NCBI GenBank assembly: GCA_951406725.2
Contig: OX597837.1
Coordinates: 16,740,001 to 16,804,000, forward strand
Source: Octopus vulgaris
Lineage: Eukaryota
Direction: 5' to 3'
Length of the DNA stretch: 64,000 nt
This document shows positions 38,654-49,364 of this stretch, one piece after another. The stretch's first letter is position 1. The number at the start of each line of letters is the position of its first letter. A program made the translations under genes and the position numbers. The notes below the pieces were generated by a model. That model saw nothing but the letters and a program-made list of their open reading frames with translations, made no database searches and had not been told where the DNA came from.

Positions 38654-41600
38654 TCACAGGCGAAACCTGAGAACTGGTCCATTTATACAGGCCAGTCTCG
38701 CACAATTCACCCACCTTTCATAAAACTTGCTATCGGACAGCACTTTCCTCTCTAACCTCATCTTCCTTTTCAAGTGAAACTTGAAAAAGTTGATGAGGCC
38801 TTGACCAAAGAGGAAAGTGTCTGTCTTTAGCCCTTTCAAACGAGTCCACCACACCACCTCTTTCGCCACAGCCACTAGGCACAAGAAAACGGCCTCGCCC
38901 TCCTTGTTAAAGGAGGTCGGCGGGGCAATCTTCACTATGGATTCGGCCGATAGTCGGATCCGTCCTACACGTGACAGTAGCTGTTCGACATAAACCCATA
39001 TTTCAGCAATACTCGGGCACTGGACGAGTGCGTGCAGAACGGTTTCGTCGTCCTGGCAACACCCCGGGCAGGCCCGGCTGACGGCACTTCCGTGCCGGTA
39101 GAGTTTGTCTCGAACAGGCAGAGCCCCTCGGTAGCACTGCCAGGCGAGAGACCTCTGGAAATTATCCATCGGCCCCGGTCCGAAAGTCCTCCCGAACAGA
39201 CCGCTCAGTTCGTCATCTTCAACGCCTAGAGTTTCCCCGAGAACGTCGTCGCATTTTTCCTCCACTAACCCTCTATAGAACGCTAGAGTGGAGCTGTAAC
39301 CGACCGCATTGCCCGCCTGGCGGAGGGCGGAGAGGGCTTGACGGCACTCGAGGTGCCAAGCGCCCTTTCTCGGTCTACGTTTGATCCAGGTCTGCAGTTC
39401 CGTCAAAGAGACGAGCTGCGGAAAATCGCGTCTGACAAAAGACGACCACACCTGTTCACCGTCTAGGAAGCGCTTGAGATGCCGCAGCCTGAGCGCATGT
39501 CTGCGCAACAGCAACCACGGCATTCCAAGGCCTCCGTTCAGCGGTCGTTGACAGCAGATGGATCGCCTGACCAGTGGCACCTGACCCTTCCACAAAAAGT
39601 CGAAGAGCAGGCGTACCAGCTTGGCCAACCAGCGGTCGGGACAAGGGACGACGGTCAAGCGGTAATAGATGACGGATGCGATGTACGCATTCGCCACCTC
39701 CGCTCGACCTTTCAGGGACAGCTTCCTCTCGGCCCATTTCTGGGTGAGACGTGCCACCCTGCTCGTCACCTCTTCCCAGTTCTTATCCACCTGGAGGTCT
39801 GGACCGAACCAGACCCCGAGCAGTTTAACGGGTCCGTCTGTCCAGCGCCCTACGACGCTGTTGGACGGCATGGGCTTGCCTCTCCAGGTGCCCAGTTGCA
39901 AGCCCACAGACTTTTCCGCGTTAATCTTTGCTCCTGTCACCGCTTCGTACTGGTTTAGCGTCTCGCCAATCAGGCCAATGTGCCTGTGGATCGACACCAC
40001 CACGGTGACGTCGTCGGCATAAGCAGACACGCTGTTTCCGCCTCCTAGATCGCGCGGGATACCCCTCAAAGCCTCCAACTTGCGCAGTAATGGCTCGAGA
40101 GTCAAAATGTACAAGAGGGAGGAGAGAGGGCATCCTTGGCGGACCGAACGCGAGATGTCGAACGGTTCCGAAAGGTGACCGTTCACCCGTATCACTGAGC
40201 AGATGTTGCTGTATAAAGCAGCGATCCACCCGCGGAAGACTGGACCGAAGCCGGCTGCCCTGAGGACAGCTGCCAGGTACCGATGGTCGACCCTATCGAA
40301 GGCTTTACTCTGATCCAAGTTGATCAAAGCCCCACCCGCGCCAGCGTCGTTACCCACCCTCTCTATGATGTAGCGCATGAGATGGAGGTTGTCGTGTATC
40401 GACCTGGTCGGCACGGCGCATGTCTGCGTCTCGCCGACCAGCTTGTCCACGACAAGCGCCAATCTCTTGGCTAGCACCTTGGCCAAAACCTTCAACTCTG
40501 CATTGAGCAGAGTGATGGGCCGGAAATTCCCTATAACGTCCCCCTTGTTTGGGTCCTTCTTTAGCAAAGCCACCACCCCTCCACAGACAAAAGCAGGAAT
40601 TCTCCCGTTTTGCTGCCAGTTGCAGTAGACGTTTGCCAACAGGTCCGCAAACAAGTCTGGCATTGAAAAGTAAAGCTCGTAGGGCAGACCATCCAAACCC
40701 GGCGATCTACCTCTCGTGCAACTCTTCATCGCTTCCTGTACTTCCCAGGCAAATATCGGTCCTTCGCAGCACTCTGCCTCGCTGTCCGAGAGTTGCGGTA
40801 GGCCGTCCAGGTACACACCGAAGTCTGTACCGTTGGTGTCCGTTCCACCGCTCGTCCCAAACAGTTGAGCAAAGTGCCGCTGAAGCACCGTACACATCTG
40901 CTTCGGTTGGGTAACCTCGCGCCCGTTCTGGTCCACCAAAGACCGAATGGTTGCTCTGTTGCCTCGCTTCGCCTCCGCCACGCGGGCCCATCGAGCGGCT
41001 CTAGTCCCCTCCCCGCTTAGCGAACGTGCCTTAGCTCTGACAACGCAGCCTTCGTGTTTGGCGTCGAAGTGTTGGTCGAGGGCCAACCTTGCCGCCAACA
41101 CGTCGGTCGCGATGCCAGTGTCAAGAGCCTCGTCTAGTTTCTTAACTAAATCCCGCTCTCTCTTCCTACGTTCAATAGCTAGAGTCTTACTATACCTAAT
41201 CGACTCTACTCTAATTGCTCTCTTGAGGGCAAACCACCAGTTGTTGTTGATGATTGCCCCCGTGAGCGCCCGCTTAACTAGTAAACTAATCCGGTCTCTG
41301 TAAGCTTTGCACGCCGTTAACGACGCGTTCAGCTTCCAGTAGCCGGGTCCCTGTCTATGTAGCCTATCTAAGTCGACCGTACAGATCACTAATTTGTGGT
41401 CCGTATATTCGACTAGGTGGAATTGTGGACACCCTACGCTGTCCTTATCCGCTGGCCTACAAAACACTCTATCTAAGTACGATCTAGACGACCCGATGCG
41501 GTTTGTCCAAGTCCACATTGGCACATTCGGGTTGTCTAGTCGAAACCTGTCGGACAGCTGAAAGCGGCCGAGTAGGTTGGCGAGGCTCTTGCACCCTCCC

Positions 41601-42087
41601 CTCTCCTATCAGACGCTCCCCTGCCCACCCGATCGAAACGTTCGTCTAAGACAGCGTTCCAATCCCCAACTAGTACTAGAGTGCGTGACGTTCCCAGGAA
41701 AACTTCCAGACGTTTGAAATAATCCGACTGCCCTGCTCCTGTCGGAGCGTAGGCAGCCAGCAGTCTGAAAGCACCGCCGTCACTACCGTCGACGTCGAGG
41801 ACCACCAACTTACCTTCCGGATCCAAGAAGACTGTCCTTATTTTCAGGTCCAGGCCCTTCCGAAACAACACCGCAGTACCACCACCGCCCGCTCCCGGCC
41901 GACACGGAGATAGAAATATCTCGTATCCGCCGAAAAGGGCTGCGAGTTCCTGCGGGTCGGAGAGCCTGGTTTCACTGATGGCTGCTACATCCACATCATG
42001 AAACCTCAGGTCGTTTAACAGGTGACCCTGTTTCCAAGGTGACCCGAGGCCTCTCACATTCAAGCAACCGATTCTAAGATTTGCCAT
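38654..42087 (-). CDS. Tx1 ORF2: AP endonuclease, reverse transcriptase and zf-RVT (one frameshift near 41595)
   Basis: GCLNVRGL, AISET, AYAP, VGDWNAV (41536-42087) joins by a single frameshift to SYLDRVF, TDHK, NFRPITLLN, DQSKAFDRVDH, RQGCPLS, YADD, CPGC..ETVLHALVQC (38654-41524). Confidence 0.92.
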
Positions 42088-42129
42088 GTTTCAAAAGTTA
42101 GGGCGAAAAAAAAAAGGAGAAAAAAGGCT

Positions 42130-44016
42130 CTACTTACTGTTGTTGGTGGTGGGGGTGGCTCCCTTGTGCTTTTGCACGGGTGCTTCAATAATATTTTTGT
42201 AAAGTTTCTGAGAGAAACTTTTCCCTAACGATCCCACATCGTTAGGGAATATTTGTTTTATTTCGTTGTAAACTGTTTTGTTTATTTTTATTGTGAGAAT
42301 GTGTGCTGGTGGTGTGTTGTGTGTAGGTATTATGAAATCTGTAATGTTTGTGCTTGTTTTGTTTTTCAAATACTCAACCAGTTCCTGGTTTCTTGTATTC
42401 ACTGCTGTAATCGTGTCTGTAATTGTGTCTGTGTTTGTTTGTGTCTGTGGTAGTGGCAGTAGTGGTGTCGAAAGTGTTGTTGTTGTTGTTTGTTGTTGTG
42501 AGTGTGTGTTGTTGTTGATGTTGTTGTTGATGTTGGGAAGTACTATTTGTTCGTGTTTCCCCTGTAAATCTTTTTGTTTTTTCCTCCTTTTCTTTTTTGG
42601 AGGCACTATGTTCCATTCTCCTTTGTTGGAATCAGAGCTCGCACAATCCGAGATCTCTTCATCCGGCAAAGGAATGGTTGAGGGGTCTGCTTCAGTAGCA
42701 GGACGAAAAGTTTTTTGTTCCGCCGGTATCGGTGGTGCCGCTGCTCCTGTTACTGTTGATGTCGCTGCTGTCGACCTTCGAGGTACTGGTGTCGGTGATG
42801 GTTTGGTGGTGGTTGTCGGTGTTGGTTTGGTGGTGGTTGTTGTTGTTGGAGGTGGTGTTGTTCGTCTTGGTGCTGGTGTTGGTGATGGTGTTGGTGGTGT
42901 GGCAGCCTTTGGTGTTTCTTGCTGTTTTTGTTGTTTCTGTTGTTGTTGCTTGTGTTGTTGTTGTTGTTGTTGTTGTTGTTGCTGCTGCCTCTTGCTGAAA
43001 GCCTCCATCCTCTTTTTGTGAATGGGACAGTCCCTCTTTAAGTGGCTTTCGCGTTTGCAGAGGAAACATTTTGGCTTTCGCCCCTCCACAGCAACGTTTA
43101 GCCTGGTGCCGTCCGGCAAACTTACGAAATCAGGGACTTTACTTATATTCTCTTGCTGAATTTGCGCAAGAAGCAGCACTCCCATCCCCAACCAGTTTTT
43201 CGCCCTCACTCTCCTGACATCTAGAATGGTGGTAGTGTCCTCTATATCATAGAGGACAGCTGCCACCAGCCATGACATATCTAGCTCAGGGGGTGCGAGG
43301 TCGATTTTTATTTTTGTTACTCTTCGCCCGAGGTGGGTCGGAACTAGTAACAAATTCTCAGTTTGCAAGGGCGAAATGGCGTTCGCCCTTGCAAGCTCCT
43401 CTGTTGGGAAGCGAACCTCCACGGTTCCAAAACGCTTCCCCTTGGTTACGTAGCTCTTTTGGGCCCAAATGGGCTTTAGAGCTATCTCCAACTGTTGGGG
43501 TGTGGCATTTGTTATTCTTTTTAGTTTTCTGTCGAAAACTTTGTAAATTATTGTTTTTTTGTTGGTGCTTTCAATCACCTCTTGTGGAGTATTGAGGAAG
43601 ATGCCATTGCCATCCTTCCTCAACAACTCCTTCGCTCTTTTCACATCTTCTAGAGTTATTTTAACTTCCTCCGAAATTTGCTTCGCAGCAGAAGCAAAAT
43701 TGATGGAAGTTTTTTCTTTTATCTCCGTGTCAATGTTTGTGATGATTTTTGTATTTGTTTTTTTTTCCTCCTCCTTCCGTACCAAAGCATTGGGTGAAGG
43801 CAGAGGGGGAAAATCAAGAGTGACGTCGAACGCGACGTCCTGGCTTGCATTCTCCTTTTGAACCGAGCGCGTGCTCTCCGGTTCGGAAGGAGGAGCTTTG
43901 TTGCCTTTTACGGCCTGAAATGGGTTGTTCGCAACCCGTGACGTTATTTTTTTTTGTTCTTGTGGGGGGGGTGTTGCAAGAAGGAGGGAAGAGCCAGCAG
44001 CTCGTTTCAGTGCCAT
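42130..44016 (-). CDS. Tx1 ORF1 nucleic-acid-binding protein (CCHC knuckle, polyQ, Pro/Thr-rich)
   Basis: Open frame, likely start MALKRAAG at 44016; CFLCKRESHLKRDC knuckle; ends 42 bp before ORF2. Confidence 0.88.
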   Translation of the reverse strand: MALKRAAGSSLLLATPPPQEQKKITSRVANNPFQAVKGNKAPPSEPESTRSVQKENASQDVAFDVTLDFPPLPSPNALVRKEEEKKTNTKIITNIDTEIKEKTSINFASAAKQISEEVKITLEDVKRAKELLRKDGNGIFLNTPQEVIESTNKKTIIYKVFDRKLKRITNATPQQLEIALKPIWAQKSYVTKGKRFGTVEVRFPTEELARANAISPLQTENLLLVPTHLGRRVTKIKIDLAPPELDMSWLVAAVLYDIEDTTTILDVRRVRAKNWLGMGVLLLAQIQQENISKVPDFVSLPDGTRLNVAVEGRKPKCFLCKRESHLKRDCPIHKKRMEAFSKRQQQQQQQQQQQHKQQQQKQQKQQETPKAATPPTPSPTPAPRRTTPPPTTTTTTKPTPTTTTKPSPTPVPRRSTAATSTVTGAAAPPIPAEQKTFRPATEADPSTIPLPDEEISDCASSDSNKGEWNIVPPKKKRRKKQKDLQGKHEQIVLPNINNNINNNTHSQQQTTTTTLSTPLLPLPQTQTNTDTITDTITAVNTRNQELVEYLKNKTSTNITDFIIPTHNTPPAHILTIKINKTVYNEIKQIFPNDVGSLGKSFSQKLYKNIIEAPVQKHKGATPTTNNSK

Positions 44017-44232
44017 TTTGTAATGTGTGTGTGCAAAAAATGTCAATTTCAAAAGGATAGACAGTAATTTCACCCCAAATGGGGCAAAATTTCGCCCAAC
44101 CGACGAGCTCCGCAAGAAGCCGGTCGGTTTGGCTACAAAAATATTAAAAAATATTCAAACTTATCAAATGATTTCCAATGAAATTGGTGTCAAATTCACG
44201 GAGCTGATTCACGTACGTCCATCGGCGTCGGA

Positions 44233-44328
44233 AAGAAGAAGAAGAAGAAGAAGAAGAAGAAGAAGAAGAAGAAGAAGAAGAAGAAGAAGAAGAAGAAGAA
44301 GAAGAAGAAGAAGAAGAAGAAGAAGAAG
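44233..44328. repeat. Perfect (AAG)32 abutting the Tx1 5' end
   Basis: Seen directly; followed by AATAATAA. Confidence 0.95.
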
Positions 44329-44334
44329 AATAAT

Positions 44335-46168
44335 AATTGAGAAGGAAGAACGCTTCAGATATGAATACAGAATCGCGCAAATGCCAGTCGCAATCCAAAA
44401 ACCTTTGCCCATGTCCAATGGAATTCCCGCTTGAACAACTAAATTGCAACATTGGTAGACTCAACAGGCGTATCGATTGAGGACCCTTATCAGCAGAGTC
44501 AGTTATTTGCCGAGGCTTTTTCGACAATTTTCAAACAAGATGATGGTCGTGAACCTCATCCACTTGATAGATCGGTACCTCCAATGCCTAGATTGGTCAT
44601 CACTCGGGGCAATGTCGAACACGTTATTCAAGGCCTCGATGTCAACAAGAGTCACGGCCCTAACGGCATACACCCACAGGTTATCAAAGCGTTGGCTCCG
44701 GTCATCTGCGAACCTTTAACACTTCTGTTCAATATGTCATTGGCAACGGGTGTTGTACCTGCGGACTGGAGAACAGTGATAATCTGCCCGATTTTCAAGA
44801 ATGGGAGCCGCGAAGACCCGCTTAACTACCGACCGGTTTCCCTTACTTCAATAATCAGCAAGATGTCCGAAACCATCCTCAAGAAAAGTATGTTGCTCCA
44901 CCTCTGATTCCCAACACGGCTTCGTGCCTAAGAGATCATGCTTGACTAACTTACTGGTAATGGAAGAATTGGTGACGCGTATCCTGGATGATGGCGATGC
45001 GGTTGCCGTCGTTTTATTGGACTTTGCCAAAGCTTTTGACTCGGTAAACCACCGCCTATTACTTGTCAAGCTTCAAGCATATAGTTTCCGTCCGGATATT
45101 GTACGATGGGTTGGTGCTTTCCTCTCAGATCGCTCCTTCCAAGTCCAAGTTAATGGTTCGCTGTCCGACGTCTCCAGTGCGAGCAGTGGCGTGCCTCAAA
45201 ATTCAGTTCTTGGGCCGTTATTGTTTTTAGTCTTCATAAATGACTTGCCCAACGACCTCACGCAACACACCCTTCTATTTGCCGATGATGTCAAACTGGT
45301 CGCTCCTCGCGATGATATAGATGATCTTCGTCGATGCCTCCACCAAGTTTGGAGATGGTCTAACGAATGGGACCTGTGTCTGAATGTGTCAAAATGCTGT
45401 CATCTGCCTGTTGGCTCCTCTCCTGCAACTCAACTTGATTTCGAGCCAGGTCGTCTGCTGCTGGAGAGGACCGACCAGGTAAAAGACCTGGGTATCTTGG
45501 TGGATTCTTCCTTTTTGCCTTCGGCCCAATGCATCCATGCTACCAACAAAGCACGCGGAGTTCTGTTTTTGATTCGACGGTCATTCGGAATGCTCACAGC
45601 AGCCATCCATATTCCTACCGCTCTATGTCACGCTGGTGAGACCCATATTGGAGTACGGGATTCAAGCCTCTTCTCCTTATCTCCTCAAAGACATACATCA
45701 TCTCGAAAGAGTCCAGAAGCTGGCTACCCGCATTGTTCTTGGTCTCAAACATTTGTCTTATGAAGAAAGGCTGAAGACGCTCAACCTTTATTCTCTAGAA
45801 AAACGCCGCAGCCTTGCTGATCTCATTCTTGCTCACAACATCATTAGCGGAAAGTGTAACCTCTCGAAAGAGCTGTTCTTCACTCCTCCTCCAGAGCGTC
45901 GGCTGCGGAATCACTCCGAAAAGCTCTATCTGTAACGATTTCATTTCAATCGAAGGAGAGGGGCTTTCTCCATCCGGGTTGCGGATCCGTGGAATAAGCT
46001 GCCGGACGAGATAGGGAAGATGCCAATGACCGCTCGGTTCAAAGACTCTCTTGACCAGAAATGGCCTGTACTCTTTACATGAACACCCTCCCTGTACATA
46101 ACTCCATGTCCCCCTACATGGCTTTGCTTTTGCTTTTTGAGCCAAAAAATTAACTTAACTTAACTTAC
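44335..46168 (+). mobile_element. 5'-truncated CR1-type LINE (same family as 24605-28717), (TAACT)n tail
   Basis: High similarity to 27241-28717; DFAKAFDSV, FADDVKL, RPILEYG..LERVQK. Confidence 0.94.
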
Positions 46169-46175
46169 ATGATAA

Positions 46176-46731
46176 TGCCCTGATGCAGTACCAAGCAGTG
46201 GCTCTCATGGATTCTGATCTTAACTGATTGGAAGTGTTATCATGTACATTGTTTTGTCTTGGTATAAAAGATAGGCTACAGCAAATATTCTGCTCAATAC
46301 CACAGATTTGCTTGTCAGTTGTTTGACCTTAGCCAGTTGAGTATGTCCCTTAGTGGATGACGATATGTGCATCTCTGATCATGAGCAGAAGTAGTGGGGG
46401 AGCATCATAACCATGTGTTGGGAGGGATTCTTTGGGGTTTGAATAATTCACCTCTGGAAACATGGGTGTTTCGTTCAACATCCTTAAACAACCCTTATTC
46501 AGGGACCATTTGAGTGGGATGGGTTACTCAACCTGAAGAAAATTCTAACTAGGCCCCCACCTGCAAGGTCATGCACTGTTAATCTTCATATGAGATCACC
46601 TTGTCGCACACATATGATTGTGATGTATGTGCCTAGTGTACCCTTATCAGATGGGTAGTCATGATGGGTATACTGGGCTTCGTATATTTTACCCCAGTGT
46701 CACTTTGATAGTATGCACTGCTCTCTCACTC
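46176..46731. mobile_element. About 555-bp non-coding interspersed repeat embedded in (AAT)n
   Basis: Bounded by ATGATAAT and AATAATAAT; no ORF; resembles an abundant octopus repeat (from memory); class unknown. Confidence 0.5.
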
Positions 46732-46928
46732 AATAATAATAATAACATCGAAAAATACCTTAGGAATGAGAACCCAGGTTCGAAATTTCCACAAGACACC
46801 TGATGAAGGCTGGAGGGCATATTAGTCGAAACATTGTGTTAATAACAAACGAGATGAGGACAAATATCCGTCAAATGCAAATAATGTAAATAATGCACAT
46901 AATTCCTCATCTCTAAAATATAGAACTG
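46732..46928 (+). mobile_element. 3' half of the split SINE, containing a hammerhead-like motif
   Basis: (AAT)n-CATCGAAAAATACCTTAGG...GACAC-CTGATGA-AGGCTGG..TTAGTC-GAAAC-ATT-GTGTT; the link to the head at 38269 rests on a recalled family consensus. Confidence 0.65.
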
Positions 46929-46933
46929 AAGGG

Positions 46934-47014
46934 TATAGCAGTTTCGATAGAGAGCTGTTAGCTGTTTATCTTGCTGTGAGACACTTCCACCACCTCCTTG
47001 ACGGTCGGGAGTTC
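46934..47014 (+). pseudogene. 81-bp Gypsy LTR-retrotransposon RNase H fragment
   Basis: Translates YSSFDRELLAVYLAVRHFHHLLDGREF, the Ty3/Gypsy YS..DRELLA..HF..L.GR.F motif. Confidence 0.85.
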
Positions 47015-47295
47015 ATGGCCCGTGTGAATGGGCCTACTTTAAGTGTGCACCTGTAGGCCAGATGGAATGAGGAGGAGTGGAGTACTTACCTGAGGTGCTT
47101 TGATGTTAGGGGTCCAAAGTGTGTGGGGTTCCTTTGGTTACCTCTTGGTGGAACTATCCCTATTGGGGTAGTACATTGTTGGTTTAATCTCCTTGTTAAT
47201 TGTGATTTTTGCTTTTTACATGCTTAACCCCACTGTCCCTCATCTGTGTATCATCCTTTATGTTTTGTGTTTGGCCTTGGTGGCCAATAAATAAA
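47015..47295 (+). mobile_element. Displaced 3' end of Tx1 copy D
   Basis: Collinear with 14461-14752 of copy A; ends GGCCAATAAA + (TTA)n (47296-47363). Confidence 0.9.
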
Positions 47296-47307
47296 GTATT
47301 ATTATTA

Positions 47308-47363
<56 letters not shown>

Positions 47364-47366
47364 GTT

Positions 47367-47593
47367 CAAGGTAGCTAGCTGATACAATCATTAGGAATGC
47401 CAGACAAAATGCTTAGTGGTATTTCATTAGTCTTTATGTTTTGAGTTCAAATTTTACTGAGGTTGACTTTGCTTTCATTCCTTTGGGGGGTTGATAAAAT
47501 AAGTATCAGTTGAACACTGGGGTTGATGTAATTGACTTATCCCTTCCCCCCAAATTGCTGACCTTGTGCCAAAATTTGAAACCATTATTATTA
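47367..47593 (+). mobile_element. SINE with Meta-like domain
   Basis: AAGGTAGCTAGCTG head, GAGTTCAAATT B box, GACTTTGCTTTCATTCCTTTGGGGGGTTGATAAAATAAGTATCAG, (ATT)n tail. Confidence 0.75.
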
Positions 47594-48974
47594 TCACTGA
47601 TTTTGTTATTATTATTATTAGAATTATTATATTCTTGGTGCATTGACCAGCAGTAGTTATTGCACATTCGATTATAAATTGAGAGTCGTTGAGGTATTCA
47701 TTTATTTGTTTACCTATTTCTTAATTATTCAATTAAGGCAGAGCAACTTAGAGTAAAGGAAAGGTTTTTATGGGAGGAGGGTGTATGTTTATGATTTTAA
47801 AACATATAATTTTCTAATAGCTTCTTAGCTAGAGGACAAAGAAAGTCAGGTTTACCTTTCAATCTCCTTAATATTCCTACAAAACATCCTAGGTGTAACT
47901 TCAAATATATTGGAAGAGGAAGGAAGAGAACTCATAATATCTCATATAAAAACACAAATATATCAGTAGGAGACAAAATTGTCCAGTACCAGCAATGAGA
48001 ATGCTAAATGCACTATCTGCCCTTTTAGGCTTTATCAGAGACATGTACTCTCTGGCAACTGCATGGAAAAACAAAATCTGTTTTAAATACAGTATGATAT
48101 TATCACTAAATGAATGCTGCAGTTAATTTGCCTTTCTGTGATTCATTTACATTAAGTGTGATGCCGATAATGGGTTTTTTATTTAGCTAGGTGGATATTT
48201 GCAACACCAGTGATTTTCAGTTGCTGTTTCTATATATCAGTGGTGTTGGCGTTTATCTTAGTATGTGATTACCAGTGAGCACATGCTATTGACAAACCCC
48301 AAAGTCTTAGAAATGCACATCTATCATTCTCACTACTAGTGCTGGATGATTTCTGTCCACTACTGATTGCTTTTTTTGTAGAAGAAAGTGCCAATCTTAT
48401 GGATTTGTTTAAGGTGGATTTCAGCTTGCCATGAAGTGACCCACACACTTGATTTCATGACTTTCCTCTGTGGCACATATAAAATGAAACATACAGGATC
48501 CAGTTATGAAATTGCAATGGACTACCACTGACCTGGTTATAGTTTTGAGCGGCACTTTCTGTAGCATATCCATCATGTGTAGCTCTCTTCATCCACTGAT
48601 TCAAGTATTGAGATCTGTTGTAGTCATCATCCGCTTGTTCCACTGTTGGGATTTTTAGGGCTGGTTGTACTTAATCACGGTGGAGGGGCTTGTGTGGACC
48701 AATGACTCTAAGAGTGATGCTATGGGAGTTCTAAACTCCTGACAGGACCACACTTGGTGGCAAGTTCAAAGTCGAGTACCCAGAGTAAGTACGACTAAGT
48801 GCAAGGTTACTGATACATTTGTGTTTTTAAATGCAGCATGTCCATAAGAGGTATTATCTGTGCATGAATAGCTCAGTTCATTTGCTTTGTGATGTATGTG
48901 TATGATTTATAGATAGCTACTTTAATCTAATACTGCTTCTGTTACAAATGGTTTGTCCACGCTATTCTGTAAGG

Positions 48975-49180
48975 AGCAAAGAGCCAGTTTCCTGGTTTCT
49001 CTGGTGTATTTATTTCTCCCAGGACCAGACACTGGTCTATAGCAGGATTACTCATTATTGCCAGCTGAATGGACTGGAATATGAAACGAAATGTTTTACT
49101 CAAGAATACAATGCACTGCCTGGTCCAAGAATTGAAACCACTTTCTTACAATCATGAGTCCAACACTCTAGCCATGCACC
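48975..49180 (-). mobile_element. Decayed tRNA-derived SINE
   Basis: Minus: GGCTAGAGTGTTGGACTCATG..GGTTTCAATTCTTGG..TTCTTGAGTAAAACATTT. Confidence 0.55.
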
Positions 49181-49211
49181 TCCACTTCTGTTACATATAC
49201 AAGATTTATAT

Positions 49212-49314
49212 TTGTGTGTGTGTGTGTGTGTGTGTGCATTTCGTGTGTGAGTGTGTGGATGTTTATATGCACACATATATAAAGGTCTCAGGCAAACAAA
49301 CCGTGTGCATGCTT

Positions 49315-49364
<50 letters not shown>

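Larger units (their letters stand above)
38376..44231 (-). mobile_element. Nearly intact full-length L1-clade (Tx1-type) LINE (copy E)
   Basis: 5' UTR, open ORF1, ORF2 with one frameshift, 3' UTR with AATAAA followed by (TTA)n; CpG-rich, consistent with a young insertion. Confidence 0.96.

Noticed and set aside
41585-41610. Programmed ribosomal frameshift in Tx1 ORF2
   Set aside because: Falls inside the APE domain with no canonical slippery heptamer; L1-clade ORF2 is normally continuous, so an indel or error is more likely.
39032-44434. Plus-strand ORFs, including the polyR ORF at 44027-44434
   Set aside because: Antisense shadows of the Tx1 ORFs and of (AAG)n.
48400-48800. 62-aa minus ORF as a host exon
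   Set aside because: No recognisable domain or splice sites; CpG-decayed, probably an old repeat.
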